DNA of 63,613 nt, the filler included, from Octopus bimaculoides (lineage: Eukaryota), in the NCBI RefSeq assembly GCF_001194135.2. It is 6 parts of 5 records of this genome, joined end to end, with 100 filler letters (N's around TTAATTAATTAA, not from the genome) between each part and the next. Parts side by side here need not be neighbours in the genome. Positions count along the whole stretch, not along the records: positions 49,956 to 54,145 come from NC_068992.1; positions 54,246 to 59,965 come from NC_068991.1; positions 60,066 to 63,613 come from NC_068989.1; 3 more parts are not named here. One strand, written 5' to 3'. Shown in pieces: positions 52,290 to 63,613 of the stretch. Positions within the stretch are counted from its first letter, which is position 1, and every line of letters begins with the position of its first letter. The notes under the pieces were generated by a model, which saw only the letters and a program-made list of their open reading frames with translations, ran no database searches and was not told the origin of the DNA. The position numbers and the translations under genes are program-made.

Positions 52290-52620
52290 CAAGGGTGAGT
52301 CAAAAAGTAATGCCATTTTGTTTAAGACAGGTATAATTACCAACAAACAAACATGTGTCATACATCAAAATGAAGCTCTTCCTCTGTGGATCACATCCCA
52401 ACTTCTCAACATAGTCACCGTTTCTCTCAAAAGCAATGTTCCACCTTCGAATGGGAGCATGTATCCCTGCCCCGTAAAATTCTGTTGACTTCTTTGAGCC
52501 ACTTCTTCACTACAGTTTTCTCTTTTTCGTCACTGGAATAATGTTTGTCTCTCAAACTCTCTTTCATGGGGCTGAAGAGATGATAGTCCAGTGATGATGA
52601 TAGTCCAGTGACGAGGAAGT
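52290..52620 (-). mobile_element. Mariner transposon 3' fragment
   Basis: TA plus TIR CAAGGGTGAGTCAAAAAGTAATGCC; minus frame DYHLFSPMKESLRDKHYSSDE...KKWLK / STEFYGAGIHAPIRRWNIAFERNGDYVEK. Confidence 0.88.
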
Positions 52621-53039
52621 GAAAATCCTGCCCATCCAGCCTTCATGCACGGAACAGTGTACATAACACCACATTATCATACGTTTATTTATTTATTTTG
52701 TTAATGTAATTCAAAGCAGATCTGGCCTGCTGCTATTTCTAGAATACTGCATGACCACATTAGAAGCCAGGCGTCTCTCTGGCTGTGTTGCCCTGATTGG
52801 TGAAGAGCCAGTGTGACTGGCTAAAAGCAGCTCTCACCTCCATTACAAGTGCACCTATCCTCAAAGAGGCTAAGTGGCATCATAATGCTATTAAAATAAA
52901 GATTCACAAAGCCATAATATATCAGTCATACATAGCAATGTTGTACAATAGGTAGGTACCAGTCACCACTTAAGGAATACTATTTCAAGCAGCTCACTAA
53001 ATTTACCAGTATGGTTGACACTCATTATATATATATTAC

Positions 53040-53435
53040 TCTCTTTTACTCTTTTACTTGTTTCAGTCATTTGACTGTGGCCATGCTGGAGCACTGCCTT
53101 TAGTCGAGCAAGTCGACCCCGGGACTTATTCTTTGTAAGCCTAGTATTTATTCTATCGGTCTCTTTTTTGCCAAACCGCTAAGTGACGGGGACATAAAAA
53201 CACCAGCATCGGTTGTCAAGCAATGCTAGGGGGACAAACACAGACACACATATACATAAATATATATACATATATACGAAGGGCTTCTTTCAGTTTCCGT
53301 CTACCAAATCCACTCACAAGGCTTTGGTCGGCCCGAGGCTATAGTAGAAGACACTTGCCCAAGGTGCCACGCAGTGGAACTGAACCCGGAACCCTGTGGT
53401 TGGTAAGCAAGCTACTTACCACACAGCCATTCCTG
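53040..53435 (-). mobile_element. Full-length young SINE family B
   Basis: Near-identical to the reverse complement of 31611-32015. Confidence 0.9.
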
Positions 53436-54087
53436 TTTGACTGAAGACTGGTGAGCCAGAAGGCTGCACCAGGCTCAATCTGATCTGGCAAAGTTTCTAC
53501 AGCTGGATGCCCTTCCTAACACCAACCACTCCGAGAGTGTAGTGGGTGCTTTTATGTGTCACAGGCATGAGGGCCAGTCAGGTGGTTTTGGCAATGACCA
53601 TGCTCAAAACGTGTTTTTTACGTGTTACCTGCACGGGAGCAAGTCCAGTGGCACTGGCAACGACCACACTCGAATGTTGTTTTTCACATGCCACCAGCAA
53701 TGATTATGCTCGAATGGTGCTTTTTACAGTTATGACGACGAGGGTTCCAGTTGATCCGATCAATGGAACAGCCAGCTTGTGAAATTAACGTACAAGTGGC
53801 TGAGCACTCCACAGACATGTGTACCCTTAACGTAGTTCTCGGGGAGATTCAGTGTGACACAGAGTGTGATGAAGCTGGCCCCTTTGAAATCCAAGTACAA
53901 CAGAAACAGGAAGAAAGAGCGAGAGAAAATTGTGGTGAAAGAGTACAGCAGGGTTTGCCACCACCTCCTGCCAGTGCCATGTGGAGCTTTAAATGTTTTC
54001 ACTCAATAAACACTCACTACGCCCAGTCTGAGAATCGAAACCGCGATCTCATGATCACGAGTCCACTGCCCTAACCACAGGGCCATT
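53436..54087 (-). mobile_element. Family C copy (53436-53725) fused to a SINE A copy (53729-54087)
   Basis: Both on the minus strand and directly adjacent. Confidence 0.8.
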
Positions 54088-54245
54088 AAACCTTCATATA
54101 TATATATATATAAAAAGTATGAGTTAGAGGTTATGCGACTGTCTANNNNNNNNNNNNNNNNNNNNNNNNNNNNNNNNNNNNNNNNNNNNTTAATTAATTA
54201 ANNNNNNNNNNNNNNNNNNNNNNNNNNNNNNNNNNNNNNNNNNNN

Positions 54246-54277
<32 letters not shown>

Positions 54278-55560
54278 AATATATGAGTATATGCATATAT
54301 ATGTACATGTATGTACATACCTTCATCTACATGTACATATAGATATATATCTGGGTACATGACGTTGCAAAAAAACATAGACAAAATGATAAACAAGGTA
54401 CAAAAAACAAGCAGGCCACATAGAGAACATATCCTTCATCAGCTGTCCCCATTAAAACACTGGCGTTTCGAAGAGTTAGGGCAGGACGCATCGTTAAAAT
54501 GGCTCTTCCCCCGAACACAAATTACATTTTTTTTCGTGGAGGATTGTGGCGGACGGAAAACAAGACAAGAAAACGAAACGGTGAAATAAACAGACAAAAA
54601 GGTTGTACAGCCAGACGTGGAGAAGTGTGTGTATATTGAACGCGGTGAAGCACGAACAGGAGAGGCGAAGAAGTGCGTCCGAAACATAGGTGGTCAGAGA
54701 CCGAAAAGAAATGGCAACTGGAGAAAGAGTAGCAGAGGGAGAAGAAGGGGAGGAAGTAGAATATAAGTGAGCAACGAGAGGTAGAGAGGGAGAGAGATAG
54801 TAGTAGTGACGGGGAGAGGCGAGAGAAATGAGGTGCAGCCCGGTGGACGTATTGTCCAGAAAAGGGAGGGGCGAGACAAATGGTCTGTAGTGACGTGTGA
54901 GCAACAGGCAGAGGGGAAGAGGAACAAGAGAGAAGATGAGGGGGAAAAAAACAAAGGGAGTGAGGAGAAGGGCGAAGGAACGAAAGATTGTAGGGAGTGG
55001 GAGAAAATAGACAGAGAAGGAGGGGGAGAAACGGAAAATATAGAGGATAGAGAGAAAGAAAGAATACAGAGTGTAGAGTCGCAGAAATTATAGATAAATG
55101 TAAAAACTTTCTGTGGATAAGGTTGCATGGCGTTCGAATATAAATAAATAAAAAATATATACATTAAATACAGGACATCATAAACGAGTGAAAAATATGT
55201 AAACACACGAGAGGTAAGTATAGGAGAAAATACCGAAACATACGCAATAAGTAGAGGACATCACCATCCCTATTTCGTGCTTTTAACGTCAAGATAGGAA
55301 AACTTCATTAGACAGCAAGATCTAGAGTTTTAATATATAAAATTTTTAGAAATGATTAAATGTTGTAATGGTTTAGTTGTCTCAAATATCAACTTTATAT
55401 CAGCAATAAAAACAACAAGCATATCACCTACCTCGTTTTTGTTACACACACACACACATACACACACACTCACACACAAAACACGTATACAAACGCATAC
55501 ATGTGTTTATCTTACTTGATTCTATCTGTCCACGGCAAATCGAAATTCCCCGATTGAATA

Positions 55561-55890
55561 ATTCCAAAATAACCTTCACCAGACACGTGGCTAAGAATTT
55601 TCGAAAAATTGTCTTATTCCTGTATATTTTTCGTAGAAAGAGGAGAACAGGAAAGCTTGGTATTTTGTATCGACACATTCCGATTTCAAATCCCACCAGA
55701 AATCTGCTCCGCTTCTCATCTTTTCCAGGGTTGACAAAATACCAATCAAGTACAGGAATCAATTTGAAATCAGAATGTGTCGATACAAATCACCAAGCTT
55801 TTCTGTTTTCCTATTTCTACCAAGAATATACAAGAATAAACAACTTTTCACCACGTGTCTGGTGAATGTTATTTTGGAATAACATTCACC
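55561..55890. repeat. Foldback with ~120-130-bp arms plus a terminal 13-bp hairpin
   Basis: 55561-55691 versus 55762-55880 are inverted; GGTGAATGTTATT-TTGG-AATAACATTCACC at 55861-55890. Confidence 0.8.
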
Positions 55891-56451
55891 ACAATTCAAA
55901 TCCCCATAAAGCTAACTTCATCTTTTTTTTTCTGTGTGTGTGGAGTCAATTAAAAGAAGGCAGCAGTAATAAACTAGCCAGCTTAATCGATTACGTCCGA
56001 GTGCTCAATCTCCAGCCTCTAATTTGCAGAAATGGCTCTATCTTATAACATTTTTTTCCTAAAGGAATTCGGTCAGTTTGCAGCATTTATGTCGCGTCGC
56101 CTCTTCCCCTCCTCACCGAAAGATGATAAAAAGAAAACAGGACAAAGAGATGCGACGAACTAAATTCTGTAAGCAATTTTTCCGCTTTTACAAAACAAGT
56201 ATTTTATTCCATTTTGTGGATAGCTACCAACTGGGAGCAGAAAAGGGGATTAGGGTTGTAGAGGAGGGGCTTATAGCTCTAGAAGAAATGTAGTAAAAGA
56301 GGAGGGTTCTAGTTGTACAGAAGGTGGGAGTTTGATTGATTGAATCGACACGTTTATTTTACTGGTATTTCTTCGGCTACGAAAATAAAGAGCAAAATTA
56401 ATTCCGTAGGGTTTAAACTCAAACTATAAGAAATCTAACACAGGGATGAGT

Positions 56452-57085
56452 TTAATCCGGCACTGTCATATAATCCGGCACTGTCATCTAATCTGACACT
56501 GCCATCTGATCCGATACTGTCATCTAATCCAGCATTGTCATATATTCCGGCACTGTCATCTAATCCGGCACGGTCATCTAATTCGGTACTGTCATCTAAT
56601 CCAGCAGAGTCATCTAATCCGGTGCTGTTATAAAATCCGACACTGTCATCTAATCCGGTACTGTCATCTAATCCGGCACTGTCATCTAATCCAGCATTTT
56701 CATCTACGGTGGCACTGTCACCTAATCCGGTACTGTCATCTAATCCAGCATTGTCATCTAATCCGGTGCTGTTATCAAATCCGACACTGTCATCTAATCC
56801 AGCACTATGATCTAATCCGGTAGTGTCATCTAATCCGGCACTGTCACTAATCCGGTACTGTCATCTAATCCGGCACATTCATATAATCCGGTACTTCCGT
56901 CTAATCCGGCAATGTCATCTAATCCGGTACTGTCATCTAATCCAGCACTATGATCTAATCCGGTAGTGTCATCTAATCCGGCACTGTCACTAATCCGGTA
57001 CTGTCGTCTAATCCGGCACGGTCATCTAATCCGGCACTGTCATCTAATCCGGTACTGTCATCTAATCCGGTGCTGTCGTCTAAAC
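56452..57085. repeat. 18-bp minisatellite (TAATCCGGCACTGTCATC), about 35 copies
   Basis: Direct inspection; copy number estimated from span. Confidence 0.95.
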
Positions 57086-57642
57086 CGGGTTAAATAACAT
57101 CAACGACAACAACACAAAACGTAGAAAATTGAAAGCGAAGTGTTTTTTTTTGTTATTTGTCAACTTGGTGGGTCTTTGTTACACAGATTGAAAGAGCGCA
57201 ACGTGAGGAATTGCAGAGATGGTTAGATTTGATAGGTATAAATGTACAGAAATAATAAGGAAACGGTTGGAATCACAGCATCAGTTGTTTTGTTTTTAAA
57301 TCAACCACTTTCCACCATCCACCAGCATTTAGTTAGTAGTCAGTCACTAACCATCACTCATCAGACATTTGTCAACACGTGTTTGATTCTTGTTTCGATA
57401 TCCAATTAAACTGCCAAGAATCTAATTACTGTTAAAGACATACACACGCATGCACACACACACTCTCGTACACATAAACGCACATATACACAGAGGCATT
57501 GATATACATGCATACACACACACACACACACGCACACACATACACACGCGCGCGCACACACACACACACATACACACACGAACCATCCGATCTCGCTACA
57601 CTAAATTACTTCAATAGACAAAGAAAGAAAAATTGCCATATT

Positions 57643-57689
<47 letters not shown>

Positions 57690-57899
57690 ACTCTCTCTAT
57701 CTCTTCATATACACATGCACACACGGACAAACACTCACAAACATACACATATTTATATATATTTACACATGCATATACAAGNNNNNNNNNNNNNNNNNNN
57801 NNNNNNNNNNNNNNNNNNNNNNNNNNNNNNNNNNNNNNNNNNNNNNNNNNNNNNNNNNNNNNNNNNNNNNNNNNNNNNNNNNNNNNNNNNNNNNNNNNN

Positions 57900-57943
<44 letters not shown>

Positions 57944-58652
57944 GTACACATACACACGCAAACGCACACACACATACACACACATACATATATAAATATA
58001 TATATGTATGTATATGTGTATGCGTGTGTGTAAGCGTGTATACACACACACACACACCTATATCCATATATGTATAGATCTACAACATGCCTCTCTCTCC
58101 TCGATGCGTGTGTGTGTTTGTGTGTGTGTGTGTGTGTGTCTTTGTGTGTGTGTGTGTATGTACGTGTCCATAAGATGTTCTCTGGACACATTTGCCTCAT
58201 CAACGTTGGCTGGTATCATATTCCGATGCTTTTAATCCAAGACGATGAAATTACTGTCAAAAAAAAAAAAAAAAATGGCGACTTGGCGATACGTCTTTCC
58301 ATCTTACTTCTCACCGTTCGGTACGTTGTGATACCCCATATACCCTGTATACCCACCATATTACAATCTCTACAGCGGCTGTCATTGTTCAAGTCTTCTA
58401 GATTAAATCAGTGTCCTTTTACGGATTACAAATTTGTCTAAAATGTCGGAAAGTTATTCTTCCTTTATGCTTTTCTTTCTTATGTTTGTTGGTCTAATTT
58501 CACCAGACTTTACACTTGCAATATTTGGACCGTGTTAAGGCGGAAACGATAGAACGCCGTATAAAAAGCTTGTTGGCATTTCGTCCGGCTTTATATTCTG
58601 AGTTCAAATTCCGCCGAATTTGATTTCGCCTTTCATCCAATTGTGGTTTACT

Positions 58653-58851
58653 TCACTCTTTTACTTGTTTCAGTCATTTGACTGCGGCCATGCTGGAGCA
58701 CCGCCTTTAGTCGAGCAAATCGACCCCAGGACTTTTTCTTTGTAAGCCTAGTTCTTATTCTATCGGTGTCTTTTGCCGAACCGGTAAGTTACGGGGACGT
58801 AGACACACCAGCATCGGTTGTCAAGTGATGTTGGGGGACAAACACAGACAC

Positions 58852-58919
<68 letters not shown>

Positions 58920-58960
58920 GGGCTTCTTTCAGTTTCCGTCTACCAAATCCACTCACAAGT
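58653..58960 (-). mobile_element. SINE family B (tail and part of body) inserted after a SINE D fragment
   Basis: ctcttttacttgtttcagtcatttgactgcggcc...; CpGs intact. Confidence 0.88.
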
Positions 58961-59359
58961 CTGACTTATACACAGAGTACGCTGCACTAGTTTAACACTG
59001 AAAGGTGTAGAAATAGCTGGAATTGTGGCCAGGTTGATATCAATAGCAGTCGGAATTCATACTAACACAAAATATACATGCACGAGAAAAAGCGAGTATG
59101 GATTATGACTGGTTGCCATAAGAAAACATGACAGGGAAATATTTCTCCGTCCAGCAAGGTAAAGCAGAAAAAAGGAGTTCATAAACAAGGGATTCACTAC
59201 TTTCCATGAGTACTGCTTCGTCATCCGAGACTCTCTTCCAAGCTATTAGAATCTAATGGGTCTGAGGAAAAATTTTCCTACTGAATTTGTGAAACATATA
59301 TTTTCAAAAATACCCGTCTTCTTCCTTAAATGTATATTCTTTTCGACTCAGTCGATTAC

Positions 59360-59730
59360 ACCGACGCCCGTACGCAACTGGTACTTAATTTATCGACCCC
59401 CGAAAGGAAAAGCTGAGCTCGGTGTAATTTGAATTCAGAGCGTAAAAACAGACGAAATACCGCTTAGCATTTTGCCCGGCGTGCTAACGTCTTTTATTTC
59501 TTTATTGCCCACAAGGGACTAAACATAGAGGGGACAAACAAGGACAGACAAAAGGACTAAGTGGATTACATCGATCCCAGTGTGTAACTGGTAATTAATT
59601 TATCGACCTCGAAAAGATGAAAGGCAAAGTCGACCTCGACAGAATTTGAATTCAGATCGTAAAGACAGACGAAATACCGCTAAGCATTTCGCCCGGCGTG
59701 CTAACGTTTCTACCATGTTGCCGCCTTCCT
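59360..59730 (-). mobile_element. Two adjacent SINE family D copies
   Basis: aactggta-ttaatttatcgacc...gacgaaataccgc-aagcattt-gcccggcgtgctaacg occurs twice. Confidence 0.8.
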
Positions 59731-61402
59731 AAGACGTCTCTTAGTTAATGATATCTGTAGCTCTGTACGGCTTACACAGAGCGGTATGTATGTGATACAA
59801 CTGCATGACGGTATATAAAGAGATATATATAAAGTAATATGCATTTATGATACGACTGTAATGACATTGGAAAGAGCATAATTGTTACGAGACATTTAAG
59901 AGATATTTCACAAAACAAACTATTGCTTGGCAGTTTCTATTCATACATAAGCGAACAAGCGCACTNNNNNNNNNNNNNNNNNNNNNNNNNNNNNNNNNNN
60001 NNNNNNNNNTTAATTAATTAANNNNNNNNNNNNNNNNNNNNNNNNNNNNNNNNNNNNNNNNNNNNATATATATTTATATATACTTATATAAATACATACA
60101 TACATAAATACACGCACACACTGCACACACACACACATACACACACACATATTTGCTGGAGATAGTTGTAAATCAAACTTACAAAAAGAAAGTAACATAT
60201 CATTTGTGTGTATGTGTATTTATGTGTATCTGACTATATGTCTGTGTGTATGTGTGTGCGTACGTGCGTGTGTGTTCGCGCGTGTTTAATACAAATTGCA
60301 TAAGAATGAATTTTCTTTTCCATTTAGGGTATTGAAGCAAATATGCAAATATTCTGAAGTTCGTTTTTTGGATTACTCTTTGTTTTACGCCAGCGTTTTG
60401 GATAATAATAGTTTAAAGTGGAAATATGTCAAACGTGACCTTTAAAACAAACGGTGACAGCAAAAACAACAACCACTGCAACAACTATAATACGATGAGG
60501 TTGATGACGATTTTGATCACGGCGACTAGAATTCTTTCTTTTATTTGTCACAGGGGCGTCAGGTGAAGCGAACATTACTAAGACTAGCTACAATATGTCG
60601 GGGCTTACATAAAGCATGGCACGGGGGTAAAACGGGAGATTTCCAGAAATGTAATTAGGAAACGAATGCTGTACAAAATATAGGAATACGTAGCTGATAC
60701 AGACTTCCTGATGTCGGAAAGCTTCCAAGTAGGGTCAAGTAAGGACCACATGATTTAACACCACGCATCTTCTTCCAAGTAAGTTTTATCTTAATAATTC
60801 TGATGCACACTCTATACGATTTTTTTACTCTTTCGTTTTTCTCTCTTTCTCTCTCTTATTCTTTTACCTCCTCTTCTCTCACTATTCTTTCCTATTATTC
60901 TGTCACTCTCTCTCCTTCACTACTCCTCCCTTGCTCACGTGGCTCCCACGTGACCATTGGCCATCTTTCTCTCTTCTAACTTGTGTTTCTTTCTCTCCGT
61001 TGTAGCTGGAACAAGGAAGACCTGTTCTTGATTGTCTCCTGTCCAAGCTTGATTTACACATTCGCCACCACAATGATCACCCCCCAACTACAAAGAGTAA
61101 GGAAGCCCCCCCCCCAGCAAAAGGTTGGGTTCTGATCACACAGGCATATGCTTTAAGTAGGTCTATTCAGGTTAAAGGTTTTTGCGCCACAATTGCCAGC
61201 ATATTGAGATATTTACTTTAGGAGAACCCTTGACTAGTCACTTTTCAATTTTTTCCTAACTGGAACTTGAAGAATTTGATGAGGGTCAAAGCAAAGAGGA
61301 AAGTATCTGTATTCGGTCATTTCAGCATTGCGCAGCACACAGCCTCATTCAACAATGTCACTAGAAAGAAGACAATAATGTTAACAGCAGTAACATCATC
61401 AT

Positions 61403-61439
<37 letters not shown>

Positions 61440-61481
61440 GTCATCATCATCATCATCGTCATCATCATCATCATCATCATC

Positions 61482-61815
61482 TCAGAACGTAGCGATGGAC
61501 GAAATACTGCTAAGCATTCCGTCCAGCTAGCTAACGATTCTGCCAGCTAACCACCTTATAATAATAATAATGATAATAATAATAATAATAAAAATAAAAA
61601 TAAACTTCTCTACTATAGACAAAAGGCCTGAAATTTTTGGGGAGGTAGGTAGTTGATTGCATCGACCCCAGTGTTTCACTGGTACTTAATTTATCGACCC
61701 CGAAGGGATGAAAGGCTAATGTCAAACTCGGCAGAATTTGAACTCAGAACGTAGCGACAGGCGAAATACTGCTGAGCATTTCGTCAGCGTGCTAACAATT
61801 CTGCCAGCTCGCCGC
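61482..61815 (-). mobile_element. SINE family D copies
   Basis: ctcagaacgtagcga...gctaac-attctgccagct at 61482-61550 and 61600-61815. Confidence 0.8.
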
Positions 61816-61837
61816 CCTAATAATAGTAATAATACAT

Positions 61838-62219
61838 GTAGCACCCCGTCGGTTACGACGCCGAGGATTCCAGTTGATCCGATCAACGGAACAGCCAGCT
61901 CCTGAAATTAACATGCAAGTGGCTGAGCACTCCACAGACATGTGTACCCTTAACGTAGCTCTAGCGGAGAATCAGCGTGACACAGAGTGTGACGAGGCTG
62001 GCTCCTTTGAAATACAGGTAGAACAGAAACAGGAAGAAAGAGTGAGAGAAAGTTGTAGTGAAGGAATGCAACGGGCTTCGCTAACGCCCCCTGCCGGAGC
62101 CTCCGTGGAGATTTAGGTGTTTTCGCTCAATAAACACTCACAGCGCCAGATCTGGGAATCCAAACCGCAGTCCCACGACCGTAAGTCCGCTGCCCTAACC
62201 ACTGGGCCATTGCGCCTCC
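61838..62219 (-). mobile_element. SINE family A, near full length
   Basis: Homologous to 6822-7213. Confidence 0.88.
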
Positions 62220-62236
62220 ACAACAACAACAACAGC

Positions 62237-62298
<62 letters not shown>

Positions 62299-63185
62299 TG
62301 GTAATAATAATAATAATAATAAATTTCCATTTATTTTCAATTATATATTATGGATTATAATAACCACACCAATAATAATAAAACCGTTTTTTTTCCCCCG
62401 TTACTTCACCTCATCACGTAAAACTTTCTGTATTGCAATCATCACCGTCCCACTCGTCACGAAGAAGGCTTCCTCACCAGCACCACCACCACCACCACCA
62501 CTACCACCACCACCGCCTCCGTCACCACAATACTCGATGGCTTGACCGCCATAAACAAACAATATAGATTCAAGATCGAGTGTAATCGAGGTTAGTTTAG
62601 ATTCAAAATATAGGAAAACGAAGAGTTTTTACTCATATCGCCAACGGCAAATTCCGGAGAATCCAATATAATAGTCTTCGTTGTCGTTCCAACAAATTAT
62701 TCCCGAAAAACCTATTGATTTCATGCAGACTCTGTTAGATGTTATCCAAAATTTATTTAAAGCCAGGAATGTCTACATCAACAAATATAGCTTTAACGCT
62801 TTTGTTAAAAGAGAATTCCACCGGCGGCCATATTGCTAGGTCGGATCTAACAGCTTTGCTGATTCTGCTAATATTTTTCTTGAGTAGTATACGCGTGTAT
62901 GTATGTATGTATGTGTGTATACTTACAGATATATGCATATATATATATACGTATATATGTATATCTATCTATCTATCTATCTACCTATCTCCCCCCCNNN
63001 NNNNNNNNNNNNNNNNNNNNNNNNNNNNNNNNNNNNNNNNNNNNNNNNNNNNNNNNNNNNNNNNNNNNNNNNNNNNNNNNNNNNNNNNNNNNNNNNNAAT
63101 ACTCTCTTATTGAAAATAGCTTTATAGAATTCCTGTCTGAATACAGAAATATTGTCCAATCAAACAGCAACTACGATACACTCTG

Positions 63186-63613
63186 GTGGGTGGTGGTGGT
63201 GGCTTAGTGGTGATGATGAAGGCGTGGGGATGAGTGCAGTGGTATTATGTTGGTGGTAGTAGTTGTGGTGAAGATGGTTGCCATATTGTTTCTTGTTGTT
63301 GTGGTGATAGTGGTGAAGATGATGGCGATGGTGGTGGATGTGGTGGTAGTTTTGGTGTGGTGGTGGTGGTGGTGTCGTGTTGTTGTTGTTGTTGGTGGTG
63401 GGGATGTCAGTGGTAATGGTGGTGGTTGTGGTAGTGGTGGATATGATAGGGGTGGCGGTGTTGGTGGTGGTGGTGTTGTTGTTGTTGGTGGTGGCGGTGG
63501 TGGTGGTGTTGTTGTTGTTGGTGGTGTTGGTGGTTGTGGCGGTGGTGATGGTGGCGGTGGTGGTGGTGGTGGTGGTTGCAATTTTTGTTCTCCTTGTGGT
63601 AGTGGTTGTGATG
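63186..63613. repeat. (GGT/GTT)n low-complexity tract
   Basis: Direct inspection. Confidence 0.92.

Noticed and set aside
56452-57085. CRISPR-like regular repeat
   Set aside because: The units are contiguous with no unique spacers, there are no cas genes, and the context is eukaryotic.
14477-60021. TTAATTAATTAA islands inside N runs (14477, 34235, 49900, 54190, 60010)
   Set aside because: An identical 12-mer with stops in all six frames, centred in ~100-base N blocks, is an assembly linker rather than biology. It also means order and orientation across these points are uncertain.
180-63581. Most ORFs in the supplied track (YIYI, CVCV, THTH, LSLS, poly-X, poly-N/L/Y/P)
   Set aside because: They are translations of microsatellites and N gaps.

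Overview
Repeat-saturated eukaryotic DNA. It is probably from an octopus or other coleoid cephalopod, inferred from the tRNA-derived SINE families, RTE LINEs and very dense TA/TG/TATC/TATG microsatellites. It is a draft assembly with many N gaps and five TTAATTAATTAA scaffold linkers. Nearly all ORFs in the supplied track are artefacts of microsatellites or gaps. The only host-gene signal I can support is three phase-compatible plus-strand exons (19232-19484, 28890-29033/9, 32388-32504) encoding the N-terminus of a probable WD40 beta-propeller protein resembling WDR97/WDR87. The rest is transposon debris: at least five SINE-like families, two RTE-clade LINE types, three decayed R4/Dong-like (RLE) LINE C-termini, a CR1-like 3' end, a Helitron 3' end, a mariner fragment, several MITEs/foldbacks, an LTR-like insert and a Penelope-like element. 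The best second-look items are a type I hammerhead ribozyme with an unusually long stem II downstream of the Penelope GIY-YIG ORF (47746-47828, minus), a 124-bp near-perfect intronic hairpin, a tandem array of four mariner-derived MITEs, and an apparent CpG-depleted domain at about 17-53 kb. All protein and family assignments come from recalled motifs, not database searches.
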